DNA of 64,000 bases from Candidatus Woesebacteria bacterium GW2011_GWB1_33_22. GTDB lineage: Bacteria; Patescibacteriota; Microgenomatia; UBA8517. The DNA lies in contig LBOW01000001.1 in NCBI GenBank assembly GCA_000989765.1, forward strand, positions 47,660 to 111,659. Direction: 5' to 3'. The notes below the pieces were generated by a model. It was not told the DNA's origin, searched no databases, and worked only from the letters and a program-made list of their open reading frames with translations. The position numbers were made by a program, and so were the translations under genes. Positions within the stretch are counted from its first letter, which is position 1. Every line of letters starts with the position of its first letter. Positions 9,182-19,418 of the stretch are shown piece after piece.

Positions 9182-10180
9182 ATGATAACAACCAAAAAGA
9201 AAGATTTTTATAAAAATAAAAAAGTTTTAGTTACAGGAGGGTTAGGTTTTATAGGAAGTACACTTTGTATTGAATTAGTTAAATTAGGTGCAGATGTAAC
9301 GCTTATTGATTCTCTTGTGCCAGATTACGGCGGTAATTTATTTAATATTGATCCAATTAAAAATAAAGTAAAAGTTAATATATCTGATGTGCGAGATAGA
9401 TACAGCATGAACTATTTAGTTCAGAATAAAGACATAATGTTTAATTTGGCTGGAACATTAAGTCATGTTGATAGTATGCGAGATCCATATACAGATTTAG
9501 AAATTAATGTTACAAGTCAAGTCTCTATTTTAGAAGCGTGTAGGAATAATAATCCTAAAATAAAAATAATATTTGCAGGAACAAGAAATCAATATGGGAA
9601 AGCACAATACTTACCTGTAGATGAAAAACACCCACTTGAACCAACAGATGTTAATGGAATAAATTGTAATGCAGGAGAATATTATCATTTACTTTACAAT
9701 AAAGTTTATGGAATTAGGGCTTGTTCATTAAGATTAAGTAATACTTACGGGCCAAGACATCAAATGAAACATGAACGACAAGGGATTCTAAATTGGTTTT
9801 TAAGGCAGATTATGAACGGAGAACAGATCACTCTTCATGGAACAGGTACTCAAATACGAGATGCTCATTATGTTGACGATGTAGTTAATGCATTTATTTT
9901 AGCTGGCGCCTCTGATAATGTGTGGGGAGAAGTATTCAATACAGGCTGTACACCGATTTCTTTAAAAGATTATGTAGAAGCAGCAATAAAAATATATAGG
10001 AAAGGTGGTTATAAAATTATACCCTTTCCAGAAAATAGAAAACCAATTGAAATAGGAGATTATATCGCAGATTATTCAAAGATTAATAAAATGATTGGGT
10101 GGAAACCTAAATTTAATCTTGACACAGGTTTAAAGAGGACTTTTGAATACTATGACAAATACAAAAAATTTTATTGGTAA
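9182..10180 (+). CDS. NAD-dependent NDP-sugar epimerase/dehydratase
   Basis: VTGGLGFIG, RLSNTYGP; catalytic YxxxK appears altered (NGINC). Confidence 0.85.
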   Translation: MITTKKKDFYKNKKVLVTGGLGFIGSTLCIELVKLGADVTLIDSLVPDYGGNLFNIDPIKNKVKVNISDVRDRYSMNYLVQNKDIMFNLAGTLSHVDSMRDPYTDLEINVTSQVSILEACRNNNPKIKIIFAGTRNQYGKAQYLPVDEKHPLEPTDVNGINCNAGEYYHLLYNKVYGIRACSLRLSNTYGPRHQMKHERQGILNWFLRQIMNGEQITLHGTGTQIRDAHYVDDVVNAFILAGASDNVWGEVFNTGCTPISLKDYVEAAIKIYRKGGYKIIPFPENRKPIEIGDYIADYSKINKMIGWKPKFNLDTGLKRTFEYYDKYKKFYW

Positions 10181-10198
10181 AATAATATTATCTCACTA

Positions 10199-11296
10199 AT
10201 GTCTTCAAAAATAATAAAATTTGTTGATTTAGCGGGAGAATATAGAAATATCAAAAAAGAAATTAACCAAAGTGTTCAAAGAGTTTTGAACAGTGGGGTT
10301 TACGTTTTAGGACAAGAAGTAGAAAATTTTGAAAATAAATTTGCCTCTTATATTGGTACAAAATATGCTGTTGGGTTGGCTTCAGGTACTGATGCCTTAA
10401 CACTTGCTATAAAATCATTGAGTTTAAAGGAAGGCGAATCAATTTTAGTACCTGCAAATGTCTATCCTACAATTTTTGGAGTTGCACTTTCGGGAATAAA
10501 AATAAAACTAACAGATGTTAATCCAAAAAGTTTAAATATTGATATTGAGAATATAAAAAAATATTACTCTAGAGAGGTAAAAGCAGTTTTAGTGGTTCAT
10601 TTGTATGGTAATCCTGTAGATATGTCTCCAATAGTTAAATTTTGCAAAGAGAAGAAGATATATCTGATTGAAGATTGTGCCCAAGCTACAGGTAGTATAT
10701 ATAAAAATAAAAAAGTTGGATCATTCGGAGACGTCTCCTGTTTTAGTTTTTATCCAACTAAAAATCTTGGAACTTATGGTGATGGTGGAGCAGTTTTAAC
10801 AAATAATAAAAAAATTTATGAGAAGGTAAAAAGTCTTAGAATGTATGGTGAACAAGGAAGATACAATAGTCTTGAGATTGGCCACAATAGCAGACTTGAT
10901 GAAATTCACGCTGCTATTTTATCTGTTAAATTAAAACATATTGATAAATGGAATTTGAAAAGGCGTAAAATAGCTAAACTTTACAATTTACTTTTAACAA
11001 AAAAGGGGATAGATGTGGTTGAAGAAAATAGATTAGGGAAATCAAATTATCACCTGTATGTTATAAAGATAAACAACAGGCAAAAATTGATGGATAATTT
11101 AAGAACTCATGGTATCCCTTCTGTTATTCATTATCCACTTCCAATACATTTTGTTAAATCATTTTCGTATTTAGGATATAAAAAAGGTAGTTTTCCCATT
11201 ACTGAAAAATATACGGAGCGTATTCTCACATTACCAATATATCCTGAAATAAAACAAGATGACATAATTAAAATATGCCAATTAATTAAAATATGA
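10199..11296 (+). CDS. DegT/DnrJ/EryC1/StrS sugar aminotransferase
   Basis: SGTDAL, EDCAQA, SFYPTKNLG, NSRLDEI. Confidence 0.92.
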   Translation: MSSKIIKFVDLAGEYRNIKKEINQSVQRVLNSGVYVLGQEVENFENKFASYIGTKYAVGLASGTDALTLAIKSLSLKEGESILVPANVYPTIFGVALSGIKIKLTDVNPKSLNIDIENIKKYYSREVKAVLVVHLYGNPVDMSPIVKFCKEKKIYLIEDCAQATGSIYKNKKVGSFGDVSCFSFYPTKNLGTYGDGGAVLTNNKKIYEKVKSLRMYGEQGRYNSLEIGHNSRLDEIHAAILSVKLKHIDKWNLKRRKIAKLYNLLLTKKGIDVVEENRLGKSNYHLYVIKINNRQKLMDNLRTHGIPSVIHYPLPIHFVKSFSYLGYKKGSFPITEKYTERILTLPIYPEIKQDDIIKICQLIKI

Positions 11297-12537
11297 AAAT
11301 TTGTATTCTCACACACACATTTCCAAGATTTGAAAAAGACGTTGCCGCACCATTTATGGATGGAGTAGCTACTGGAATGGTTGAAAATAAAAATGAAGTA
11401 ATTGTACTAACCCCATTTTCATCTAAATTTAGTAAGTTTTTAAAATCTAAAAAATATAAACTTGTGTTATATAAATACGCACCGTTTAAAAGTTGGCACA
11501 AGTTAGGTTATTCAGAGACACTAACTGATGATAAAACTTTAAAATTTACGAATCTTTTACTTTCTCCCTTTATGTTTACTTTTGGAATATTAGCTTTGTA
11601 TAAATTAGTGAAAAAAGAAAAAATTGATATTATTAATGCTCACTGGATCTTACCAAATGGATTTATTGCCTGCGTAGTGTCAAGATTAACAGGTGTTCCT
11701 GTGGTTTCAACTTTGCCTGGATCTGATGTTTATATGGCAGATAGAAATAATCTTTATAGATATATGGCAAAATTTGCATCCGAGACATCAAAGGCAATAT
11801 CGAGCAATAGTCCACAGTTATTGGTAGATTTAGCTAAAATTTGTGAAAAATTGGGAACTAAAAAAGGATTAATCCAAAAAAAATCTTATCCAATCATGTA
11901 TGGTGTTGATCCAAAGAAGTTTTATCCAACCACAAAAAATATTACATCAATTAGAAAAAAGCTAAAAATTTTAGGAGACAATATTATAATTTCTTCGGTA
12001 GGAAGACTAGTCTCCAAAAAAGGATATAAATATTTGGTTGAGGCAGCACCGAAAATTATTAAAGAAAATAAAAAGGTAACATTTGCAATATTTGGTGAGG
12101 GTGACCAAAGAAAAGAATTAGAAAAAAGAGTGTTAGAACTTGGTCTAGAAGATAATTTTCGTTTTCCTGGGTGGGTAAAATATGATGAAATCCTTTATTA
12201 TCAAAATCTTGGAGATATCTTTATACTACCTTCTATTCGTGACGAGGAAGGTAATCTAGATGACCAATCTGTTTCTGTTGTAGAAGCTATGGCTTGTGCA
12301 AAACCCATAATCACCACAGACTTTCCTGGATATAGGATAGTTATGAGAAATGGCAGAAATGGTTACCTTGTTCCTGAAAAAAATGCACAAAAAATGTCAC
12401 AGGCTATTATTAAATTAATTGGTTCGCCAAAACTAAGAGATGATATGGGAAAAACGTCTCGTGAACTTGTGCTAAATCATTTTTCGTGGGATTCGATTGG
12501 AAAAGAGTATACTTTTCTTTTTGAAAAACTGTTGTAG
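11293..12537 (+). CDS. GT4 glycosyltransferase
   Basis: AHWILPNG, GRLVSKKG, EAMACAKP. Confidence 0.88.
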   Translation: MKICILTHTFPRFEKDVAAPFMDGVATGMVENKNEVIVLTPFSSKFSKFLKSKKYKLVLYKYAPFKSWHKLGYSETLTDDKTLKFTNLLLSPFMFTFGILALYKLVKKEKIDIINAHWILPNGFIACVVSRLTGVPVVSTLPGSDVYMADRNNLYRYMAKFASETSKAISSNSPQLLVDLAKICEKLGTKKGLIQKKSYPIMYGVDPKKFYPTTKNITSIRKKLKILGDNIIISSVGRLVSKKGYKYLVEAAPKIIKENKKVTFAIFGEGDQRKELEKRVLELGLEDNFRFPGWVKYDEILYYQNLGDIFILPSIRDEEGNLDDQSVSVVEAMACAKPIITTDFPGYRIVMRNGRNGYLVPEKNAQKMSQAIIKLIGSPKLRDDMGKTSRELVLNHFSWDSIGKEYTFLFEKLL

Positions 12538-12549
12538 ATATATAATAAT

Positions 12550-14598
12550 ATGCAAAAAAAAATTTCTATTTTTATTGGTATAATCTTTTTTATTTTCGGT
12601 ATTTTAACTCTTCCAGACTATGGAATTAATTGGGATACGGTTAACCATATTCCAAGGGGTCAAATATACCTCCAATATTTGTTAACAGGTGAAAAAGATT
12701 ATTCAAAACTTCCTGCGTACAAAAAATATTGGCAAAAACCAGAGGAACTTTTGTTAGATAAAGGCCAGCGTAATTTAAAAGGTCCATTGAGAAGTTATTA
12801 TCAAAGCGATGCCTACACATTTGATTGGTATATGGAAATTGATGGTACTGGACATCCCCCCTTAAGTGATATTATTTCATCGATCTTTAACAGAGTATTG
12901 TTTGGTAGGTTGAAAATAATCAACGATATTGATTCCTATCGGGTATATGGAGTTTTTTTAGCTTCTATATTAGTCGGATTGATCTACTATTGGATTAGTG
13001 GTTTGTATGGTAAATTTGCAGGCATAATTGCCTCCCTATCATTAGCAACCTATCCATTGTTTTTTGCGGAAAGCCATTTTAATACAGAAAAAGATGTTCC
13101 CGAAACTGTTTATTGGTCATTATTTTTGTATTGTATCTGGAAAGGATTTACGAATAAAAATTGGAAGTGGATATTAGTCTCAGGACTTTTATTTGGTTTA
13201 GCACTAGGAACTAAGTTTAACATTCTATTCTCGATTTTTGTAATTTTACCTTGGTTGCTAATTTTTTTAAAGAAAAGATTATTTGATAAAGTTAATTTAA
13301 ATTTAATTTTTGTAGGTTTTATTGCCCTTTTTATTGGTATTTTAATATTTATTAGTTCTTGGCCATTTTTGTGGCAGGATATTATTTCAGGGGTACAAAA
13401 AGTGTTTGGATTTTATAAGACAATTGGCACCTCGGTAAAGTTTGACACCCAATTTACAGGACCATTTGGAATTAATACCTATCCTTTTTATTGGATAATT
13501 TATACAACTCCAGTTTTAGTTTTAATATTATCTTTTTTTGGTTTAATTTCTTTGTGGGTTGATAGGAAAAAAGATCAGTTTTCAACAGGTTTGCTATTTG
13601 TTTTGTGGTTTATGGTTCCGATTGTCAGAGTAATGATTCCGCATAGTAATGTCTATGGAGGTATAAGACAGGTTATGGAGTACATTCCAGCAATGGCAAT
13701 TCTGGCAGGTATTGGCGCCAGTAAAATTATAAATATAATGAAAGTTGCTTGGTGGAAAAAACTTTCAATCTTTAGTATTTTGTTTTGTTTTGTTTTGATT
13801 ATGTTTAATCTCGTTAAAATACATCCAAATGAAAATGCATTTTTTAATATTTTAATCGGAGGATTATCAGGAGCTAAACAAAGTAATATACCTTCTTGGG
13901 GTAATACATTTGGAGCTGCATATAGACAAGGTGTCGTTTGGATTAATCAAAATGCTAAACCAAATTCAAGATTAGCATATGCCCATGGACTTATGCCAGA
14001 TATACCTCTAATTTGGATCCGACCAGATATAGACACAAGTAACACTAATAGAAGTGGTTTTTTGAGAAATGGAGAATATGTTATTGGTCTTGTTTATGAA
14101 GGAATTTCGAATAGTTTTTATTTTGATGACTATTTAGAAAAAATAGTACAGCCTATGTATAAATCAGGTATTGATGGAGTAACTTTAGTTGGAGTTTGGA
14201 AAAACGAGGATGAACAAATAAAACCTGAATACAAAAAACAAAATATTATAAAAAATATTAGTTGGAAGAAAAGTGACAAAAATGGAGAAATTATAGTTGA
14301 TTTAAATAAAGTCTATACATTGTCATATTTAAAAATGGGTTACAGTGAAAGAGGATGCGCTTCACTAAAATATGGTATTGTTTATTTGTCATCAGATAAT
14401 AAGTTGTGGGTAGAGCTTCGTGATAAATTACCTATGGATGAAATACCACCCCTAAAAGCAATACAACCTTCTAAAGGTCAATTTTATTATCCGTTTGTTG
14501 CGGAGCAAGCTAGATATATTAAAATTAACGTTGATCCAATTACTTCATGTCTAACAAATAAGGCGACTTCAGTGGAAGTTTATAGTTTAGGTTATTGA
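12550..14598 (+). CDS. GT-C (PMT/ArnT-like) glycosyltransferase with C-terminal discoidin-like domain
   Basis: TM1 then DYGINWDT; polytopic core, HFNTEKD, YGGIR; C-terminal IVDLNK...LSSDNKLW...ARYIKI. Confidence 0.8.
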   Translation: MQKKISIFIGIIFFIFGILTLPDYGINWDTVNHIPRGQIYLQYLLTGEKDYSKLPAYKKYWQKPEELLLDKGQRNLKGPLRSYYQSDAYTFDWYMEIDGTGHPPLSDIISSIFNRVLFGRLKIINDIDSYRVYGVFLASILVGLIYYWISGLYGKFAGIIASLSLATYPLFFAESHFNTEKDVPETVYWSLFLYCIWKGFTNKNWKWILVSGLLFGLALGTKFNILFSIFVILPWLLIFLKKRLFDKVNLNLIFVGFIALFIGILIFISSWPFLWQDIISGVQKVFGFYKTIGTSVKFDTQFTGPFGINTYPFYWIIYTTPVLVLILSFFGLISLWVDRKKDQFSTGLLFVLWFMVPIVRVMIPHSNVYGGIRQVMEYIPAMAILAGIGASKIINIMKVAWWKKLSIFSILFCFVLIMFNLVKIHPNENAFFNILIGGLSGAKQSNIPSWGNTFGAAYRQGVVWINQNAKPNSRLAYAHGLMPDIPLIWIRPDIDTSNTNRSGFLRNGEYVIGLVYEGISNSFYFDDYLEKIVQPMYKSGIDGVTLVGVWKNEDEQIKPEYKKQNIIKNISWKKSDKNGEIIVDLNKVYTLSYLKMGYSERGCASLKYGIVYLSSDNKLWVELRDKLPMDEIPPLKAIQPSKGQFYYPFVAEQARYIKINVDPITSCLTNKATSVEVYSLGY

Positions 14599-14624
14599 CA
14601 ATCACCTTTATAATAATTTATAGT
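14595..14624 (+). promoter_or_regulatory. sigma70-type promoter for 14633 gene
   Basis: TTGACA-N18-TATAGT, 8 nt before ATG. Confidence 0.55.
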
Positions 14625-14632
14625 ATTAAAGT

Positions 14633-15178
14633 ATGAAAGTAGTCAAATTGATAACTATATTGGTGGCAGTGACTTTCTGTCTTTTTACATTAAATCTAAA
14701 GGCTCTAGCAGTATCTTCTGACCCAAGTCCTAATCCGACCAAGGTTGATTCATTCGAGCTATTTTGGCCAATTGTAGCAGGAAAAGTTCAAGGTGATTCG
14801 ATGTATCGTTTAAAAATTTTTAAGGAAAATATGCGTGGATATTTAATTTTGAGTAGTTTGAAAAAAGCAGAGTATCTTACTTTTATTTCGAGTAAACGAC
14901 TAGTAGAATTTGAAGAGCTCGCTTTATCGAGAAAAAATTTTGAGAACGCTACTAAGACTTTAGAAGTATATAGATCTACTCAAAAAAAGATTTTTTCTTA
15001 TCTTGATAAAGCAAAAAGCGAGGGTGTTATGATCACAAATACTCAAAGTATTATAGAGGATACACTCAATAGGCAGCTTACATTACTAAATTATATTCTT
15101 CTTGGTGTGGATAATTCACAAAAGACAGGTGTAGAGGGTGCTATATCTTTTATAAATTCAGAGTTAGAAAAGTTTTAA
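14633..15178 (+). CDS. Secreted DUF5667-like alpha-helical protein
   Basis: Signal peptide ending ALA; S/P/T linker; GDSMYRLKIFKE...KKAEY...KRLVE. Confidence 0.7.
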   Translation: MKVVKLITILVAVTFCLFTLNLKALAVSSDPSPNPTKVDSFELFWPIVAGKVQGDSMYRLKIFKENMRGYLILSSLKKAEYLTFISSKRLVEFEELALSRKNFENATKTLEVYRSTQKKIFSYLDKAKSEGVMITNTQSIIEDTLNRQLTLLNYILLGVDNSQKTGVEGAISFINSELEKF

Positions 15179-16120
15179 TTAAAATAGTTTTTCTTCAATA
15201 TACTTTTCTGTCAGATTTTCTTTTTGATCTAAGTTAACCAGCATTTCAGCAAGAAGTCCTGTCGTAATTAATTGTATACCTATTATCATTAATAACATTC
15301 CTAGGAACAATAAAGGCTGTCTGTATTGTATTGTGCCTGTAAATACTCTCAAATAAGTAATATATACACCTATTAAAAATCCAATAAATGATAACATTAT
15401 TCCAATTGTTCCAAAAAAATGAGCTGGTTTTTTCATATATCCCGTAAGAAAAGTTACAGTTAGCATGTCTAAAAATCCTTTAATGTTTCTTTGCCAACCA
15501 AATTTACTTTTACCGTATTTTCTTGGTCTATGGATTACTATTATTTCACCTACTTTAAAATTTTGTTTTTCAGCTAAAACTGGAATATATTTATACAATT
15601 CTCCGTATAGGTGTAGATTCTCGACGACGACCCTTTTATAAGCTTTAAGGCCACAATTAAGGTCGTGAATTTTTATACCAGTTAATAATCTTGTTGTCCA
15701 ATTACCAAGTTTTGATGGTAAAGTCTTGGATATTGGATCATGACGGTTCTTTTTCCAACCAGATACTAAATCATACCCTTCACCAAGCATTTTGATAAGT
15801 TTAGGAATTTCTATCGGATTATCTTGTAGATCTGCATCCATAGTAATAATTATCTCTCCATTTGAGTTTTCGAAACCTGCTTGTAAGGCAATAGATTTAC
15901 CAAACCAACCTCTTAGTTTTACTATTTTAATTTTTTTATCCAACTTGTGGAGTTTTTCCAAAATTTGATATGATTTGTCAGTTGAGCCATCATCAACAAA
16001 AACAATTTGGTAATTTATTTTGTTCTTTTTAACTACATCAATAATTTCTAGATATAGTTTTTCTATAGACTCCTCCTCATTTTTAATTGGAATTACAATG
16101 GAAATTAGAAATTTGTTCAT
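15179..16120 (-). CDS. GT2 ArnC-like undecaprenyl-phosphate sugar transferase
   Basis: SIVIP, VDDGSTD, FGKS, MDADLQ, two C-terminal TM helices; start taken at MNKF (16120) rather than 16132. Confidence 0.88.
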   Translation of the reverse strand: MNKFLISIVIPIKNEEESIEKLYLEIIDVVKKNKINYQIVFVDDGSTDKSYQILEKLHKLDKKIKIVKLRGWFGKSIALQAGFENSNGEIIITMDADLQDNPIEIPKLIKMLGEGYDLVSGWKKNRHDPISKTLPSKLGNWTTRLLTGIKIHDLNCGLKAYKRVVVENLHLYGELYKYIPVLAEKQNFKVGEIIVIHRPRKYGKSKFGWQRNIKGFLDMLTVTFLTGYMKKPAHFFGTIGIMLSFIGFLIGVYITYLRVFTGTIQYRQPLLFLGMLLMIIGIQLITTGLLAEMLVNLDQKENLTEKYIEEKLF

Positions 16121-16155
16121 TATAAAAACCAATTATACCTTATTAATGCAAAGTG

Positions 16156-16164
16156 TGATATATT
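16156..16164 (+). promoter_or_regulatory. Extended -10 for leaderless 16171 gene
   Basis: TGaTATATT, 6 nt before ATG. Confidence 0.5.
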
Positions 16165-16170
16165 TTCTTT

Positions 16171-16668
16171 ATGTTAAAGCAGTTTATTATTGTTTTTTTC
16201 ACAGTTATTTTTCTAATCTTTATTTCAAGCACGAAACCCTTTTTAGTCATAGGTTCTGATGAATATATATTTGATACTCAAATCACGCAAAAAACAACTT
16301 TAATAAATAAGATTTTTGAGAAGACAGGTTTTTTAATTCGGTTGAATAAATCTAGTAAGGCAAAATATTGGAGAAAACTTGTGGATAAAAGGTTGGCCGA
16401 ATTCAAACTTGTTGTCGAGAATGACGATAAGGGAGCTTTCGAGGAAACTTCATCAAGATATTCAACCTATGTTGCCAATTATTCAGATTATCTTTTAAAT
16501 TCAAATTTAGTTAATGAAAAAAGTATCACCAAGCAGCAATTTGATAAACATCAAGAAATCTTAAACACATTTAAGGATAAATATGAATACAATTCTGCTT
16601 GGTGGATTTTAGTTATGCACCCAATTAATACGTTGGAAATCTTCAAATTAAAGGTCGAAAAATTATGA
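16171..16668 (+). CDS. Second DUF5667-like secreted or membrane-anchored helical protein
   Basis: N-terminal hydrophobic helix; SKAKYW..LVDKRLAE. Confidence 0.6.
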   Translation: MLKQFIIVFFTVIFLIFISSTKPFLVIGSDEYIFDTQITQKTTLINKIFEKTGFLIRLNKSSKAKYWRKLVDKRLAEFKLVVENDDKGAFEETSSRYSTYVANYSDYLLNSNLVNEKSITKQQFDKHQEILNTFKDKYEYNSAWWILVMHPINTLEIFKLKVEKL

Positions 16669-17693
16669 CAAAAGGAAACGAGCCAAAAATTTCGATAATC
16701 ACACCAACATTAAATTCTTCGAGAACAATAAAATTATATTTTGAAGCAATAAAAATGCAAAAATATAATGGTAGTGTAGAAGTGTTAATTATAGATGGTG
16801 GAAGTATGGATGACACACTAGATTTCGCTAAAAAGTATAATAATAAAATATTTTTTAATAAATTAAAAACAGCAGAATCTGGTAAGGCCTTGGGTGTTAA
16901 AAAATCTACTGGTTCAATATGTGCTTTTATTGATTCAGATAATATTCTACCAGATAAAGACTGGTTAAGAAAAATGATTTTGCCGTTTATGATAGATTCT
17001 CAAATTATGGCAACTGAGCCGATAAAGTTCACATATCGCGTAAAGGACCATTGGCTTACTAGATATTTTGCATTAATAGGTATGGGAGATCCTATAAATT
17101 TATTTATTGGTAATTATGATAAATATAGTTACATTACAAATAAGTGGACGAACCTAAAACTTAAGGAAGAAAACAAAAATGGGTATAGAAAAGTAAAGCT
17201 TGAAAATAGAATACCCACAATTGGAGCAAATGGGTTTCTAATAAAAAAAGAAGCACTGACTAGCTACGAACTTGGTGACTATTTGTTTGATGTCGATTTA
17301 CTTGAAACGTTAACCAAAAGAAGCCCAATATTCATTTCTAAGGTTGATGTTGGGATTGTTCATCTTTTTTCAGGTGATATAAGCACATTTATTAGAAAAC
17401 AACGTAGAAGGATTAGAGATTATCTTTATCATTATTATTATAAAAATTCTAAAAAAACTGAAAATTCGCTTGAATCTCCATTCATTTTTTGGGGTATTGT
17501 AAAATTCATCGCATCTTGTATATCCGTATTTCCCTTAATATTTCAGTTATTTGTGGGTTTTACAAGAAAACGAGATGTTGTTTGGTTGTTTCATATACCT
17601 GCTTGTTATATTACTCTTTTTGTTTATACTTACGAAACAGTTAGATCGCTATTTATCAAAGAAGAGTATAGTCGAGTGAATTGGAAACAATGA
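16665..17693 (+). CDS. GT2 glycosyltransferase with C-terminal TM helices
   Basis: SIITPTLN, IDGGSMD, FIDSDN. Confidence 0.85.
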   Translation: MTKGNEPKISIITPTLNSSRTIKLYFEAIKMQKYNGSVEVLIIDGGSMDDTLDFAKKYNNKIFFNKLKTAESGKALGVKKSTGSICAFIDSDNILPDKDWLRKMILPFMIDSQIMATEPIKFTYRVKDHWLTRYFALIGMGDPINLFIGNYDKYSYITNKWTNLKLKEENKNGYRKVKLENRIPTIGANGFLIKKEALTSYELGDYLFDVDLLETLTKRSPIFISKVDVGIVHLFSGDISTFIRKQRRRIRDYLYHYYYKNSKKTENSLESPFIFWGIVKFIASCISVFPLIFQLFVGFTRKRDVVWLFHIPACYITLFVYTYETVRSLFIKEEYSRVNWKQ

Positions 17694-18736
17694 GAAAACT
17701 AAAACCCAAAGTATCAATTATTATAACCAATTATAACGGAGGTCAAATTCTTTTAGATTGTATCGAATCCGTCAAAAAAATTGATTACCCAAATTTCGAG
17801 GTTATTTTAATAGATGATAGGTCAAAGGATGATAGTTTTGAGATGGCAACAAAAAATAAAGGTAAATTAAAATTAATATCATCTCGTAACAAAGTTAATC
17901 TTGGATTTGCAGGTGCAAATAATGCTGGCTTAGAGTTGGCAACTGGTGATTATATATTACTTCTTAATAATGATACAAAGGTTGACAAAAACTTGTTGGC
18001 AAAATTGGTTGATAAATTTGAATCTGATTTGTCAATTGGAGCTGGTCAGTCAAAGATACGTTTTATGGATAAACCGGAATATTTAGACAATGCTGGTTCA
18101 TTTTTAACACGAACTGGTTTTTTGGTGCATTGGGGATTTGGGAGTCGAGATTCTAAAGAATTTAATTCAGAAAAAAAAATATTCTCTGCTAAGGGAGCCT
18201 GTTTATTTATAAGACGAAAAGTTATCGATACGGTAGGTCTTTTTGATGCTGACTTTGTAAGTTATATTGAAGAATCTGATTTTTGTTGGAGGGTGTGGTT
18301 GGCTGGATATAAAGTAATCTTTTACCCAGAAACTTATATATTACATAAGGTTGGATTTACTTTTAGTAAACAATTTAATCCAATTACGGTAAATTATAAT
18401 TCGTTTAAAAACAGAATTTTGTCGTTATATAAAAATCTTGAAACCAAAAATCTAATATTAATTTTAATACCACATTTATTTATAATTTTGGGTCTATCTC
18501 TTTATTATTTAATTAAATTACAGTTTGCAAAATCATCGATGATAATTAGAGCTATTTGGTGGAATGTAGTGAATTTTCAAAAATCCCTTAAGAAAAGAAT
18601 GATTGTTCAAAATTTAAGAGTTAAAACAGACGATGAATTATTTAAAACGATTATGAAAAAGTTTGTCTTTAAAGAAATGTTTTCTCATTTTCTTAAGGTA
18701 GAGGCTAATTTTGCCACAAAACGGACTACTAAATGA
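17690..18736 (+). CDS. GT2 glycosyltransferase (WbbL/GT_2_like_c)
   Basis: NYNG, NLGFAGANN, LLNNDT, EESDFCWR; start at ATGA overlap 17690. Confidence 0.88.
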   Translation: MRKLKPKVSIIITNYNGGQILLDCIESVKKIDYPNFEVILIDDRSKDDSFEMATKNKGKLKLISSRNKVNLGFAGANNAGLELATGDYILLLNNDTKVDKNLLAKLVDKFESDLSIGAGQSKIRFMDKPEYLDNAGSFLTRTGFLVHWGFGSRDSKEFNSEKKIFSAKGACLFIRRKVIDTVGLFDADFVSYIEESDFCWRVWLAGYKVIFYPETYILHKVGFTFSKQFNPITVNYNSFKNRILSLYKNLETKNLILILIPHLFIILGLSLYYLIKLQFAKSSMIIRAIWWNVVNFQKSLKKRMIVQNLRVKTDDELFKTIMKKFVFKEMFSHFLKVEANFATKRTTK

Positions 18737-19413
18737 TTAAAAATTTCACTTTTAAAGTGCCGATTTCTGGAAGAGTTTTGGCATGTCTAAAACTTTTAAA
18801 TAAATTTAATGTTAATAATAAAACAATACTTGATGTTGGATCGTCTTTTGGTTGGCTAGAGAGAGAGATATTGAAAACTGGTAAATCAAATAAATTGATT
18901 GGTGTTGATCCTAATAAAGATGCAGTTATGTTTGCACAAAAAAAAGTCAAAGGGGCAAGGTTTTTGGTTGGAGACGCCTTAAATTTACCACTTAAGAATA
19001 ATCAGGTAGATGTGGTTACCTTGTTTGATGTAATTGAGCATGTTCCAGAGAACTTTGAGACTAAAGCTCTAAACGAAGTAAATAGGGTTTTAATGAAAGG
19101 TGGATTACTGTTTTTATCTACTCCTAATTCTAAATTTTTGTTAAATATTTTAGACGTAGCATACTTATTTGGTCATAGACACTATAAAAAAGAGCAATTG
19201 ATTAAATATTTAAAGAAATCTAAATTTAAGATCATTGAATCTAGAATTTTAGGGGGATACTGGTTTAGCATATATCTTATTTGGTTATATTTAACTAAAA
19301 GGATTACAGGAAACTTTCTCCCCAGAAATACTTTTTTAGAAAATAGGGAAGCGTCAGAATTTTTAAAAGATAATGGTATTCATACACATTTCATAGTTGC
19401 CAGGAAAATGTGA
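18733..19413 (+). CDS. Class I SAM-methyltransferase
   Basis: ILDVGSSFG, FDVIEHV, LSTPN. Confidence 0.85.
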   Translation: MIKNFTFKVPISGRVLACLKLLNKFNVNNKTILDVGSSFGWLEREILKTGKSNKLIGVDPNKDAVMFAQKKVKGARFLVGDALNLPLKNNQVDVVTLFDVIEHVPENFETKALNEVNRVLMKGGLLFLSTPNSKFLLNILDVAYLFGHRHYKKEQLIKYLKKSKFKIIESRILGGYWFSIYLIWLYLTKRITGNFLPRNTFLENREASEFLKDNGIHTHFIVARKM

Positions 19414-19418
19414 ATAGT

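Noticed and set aside
12554-12562. A9 tract after the GT-C start and other A/T 8-9 runs as phase-variation sites
   Set aside because: Expected in such an AT-rich sequence; genes are in frame
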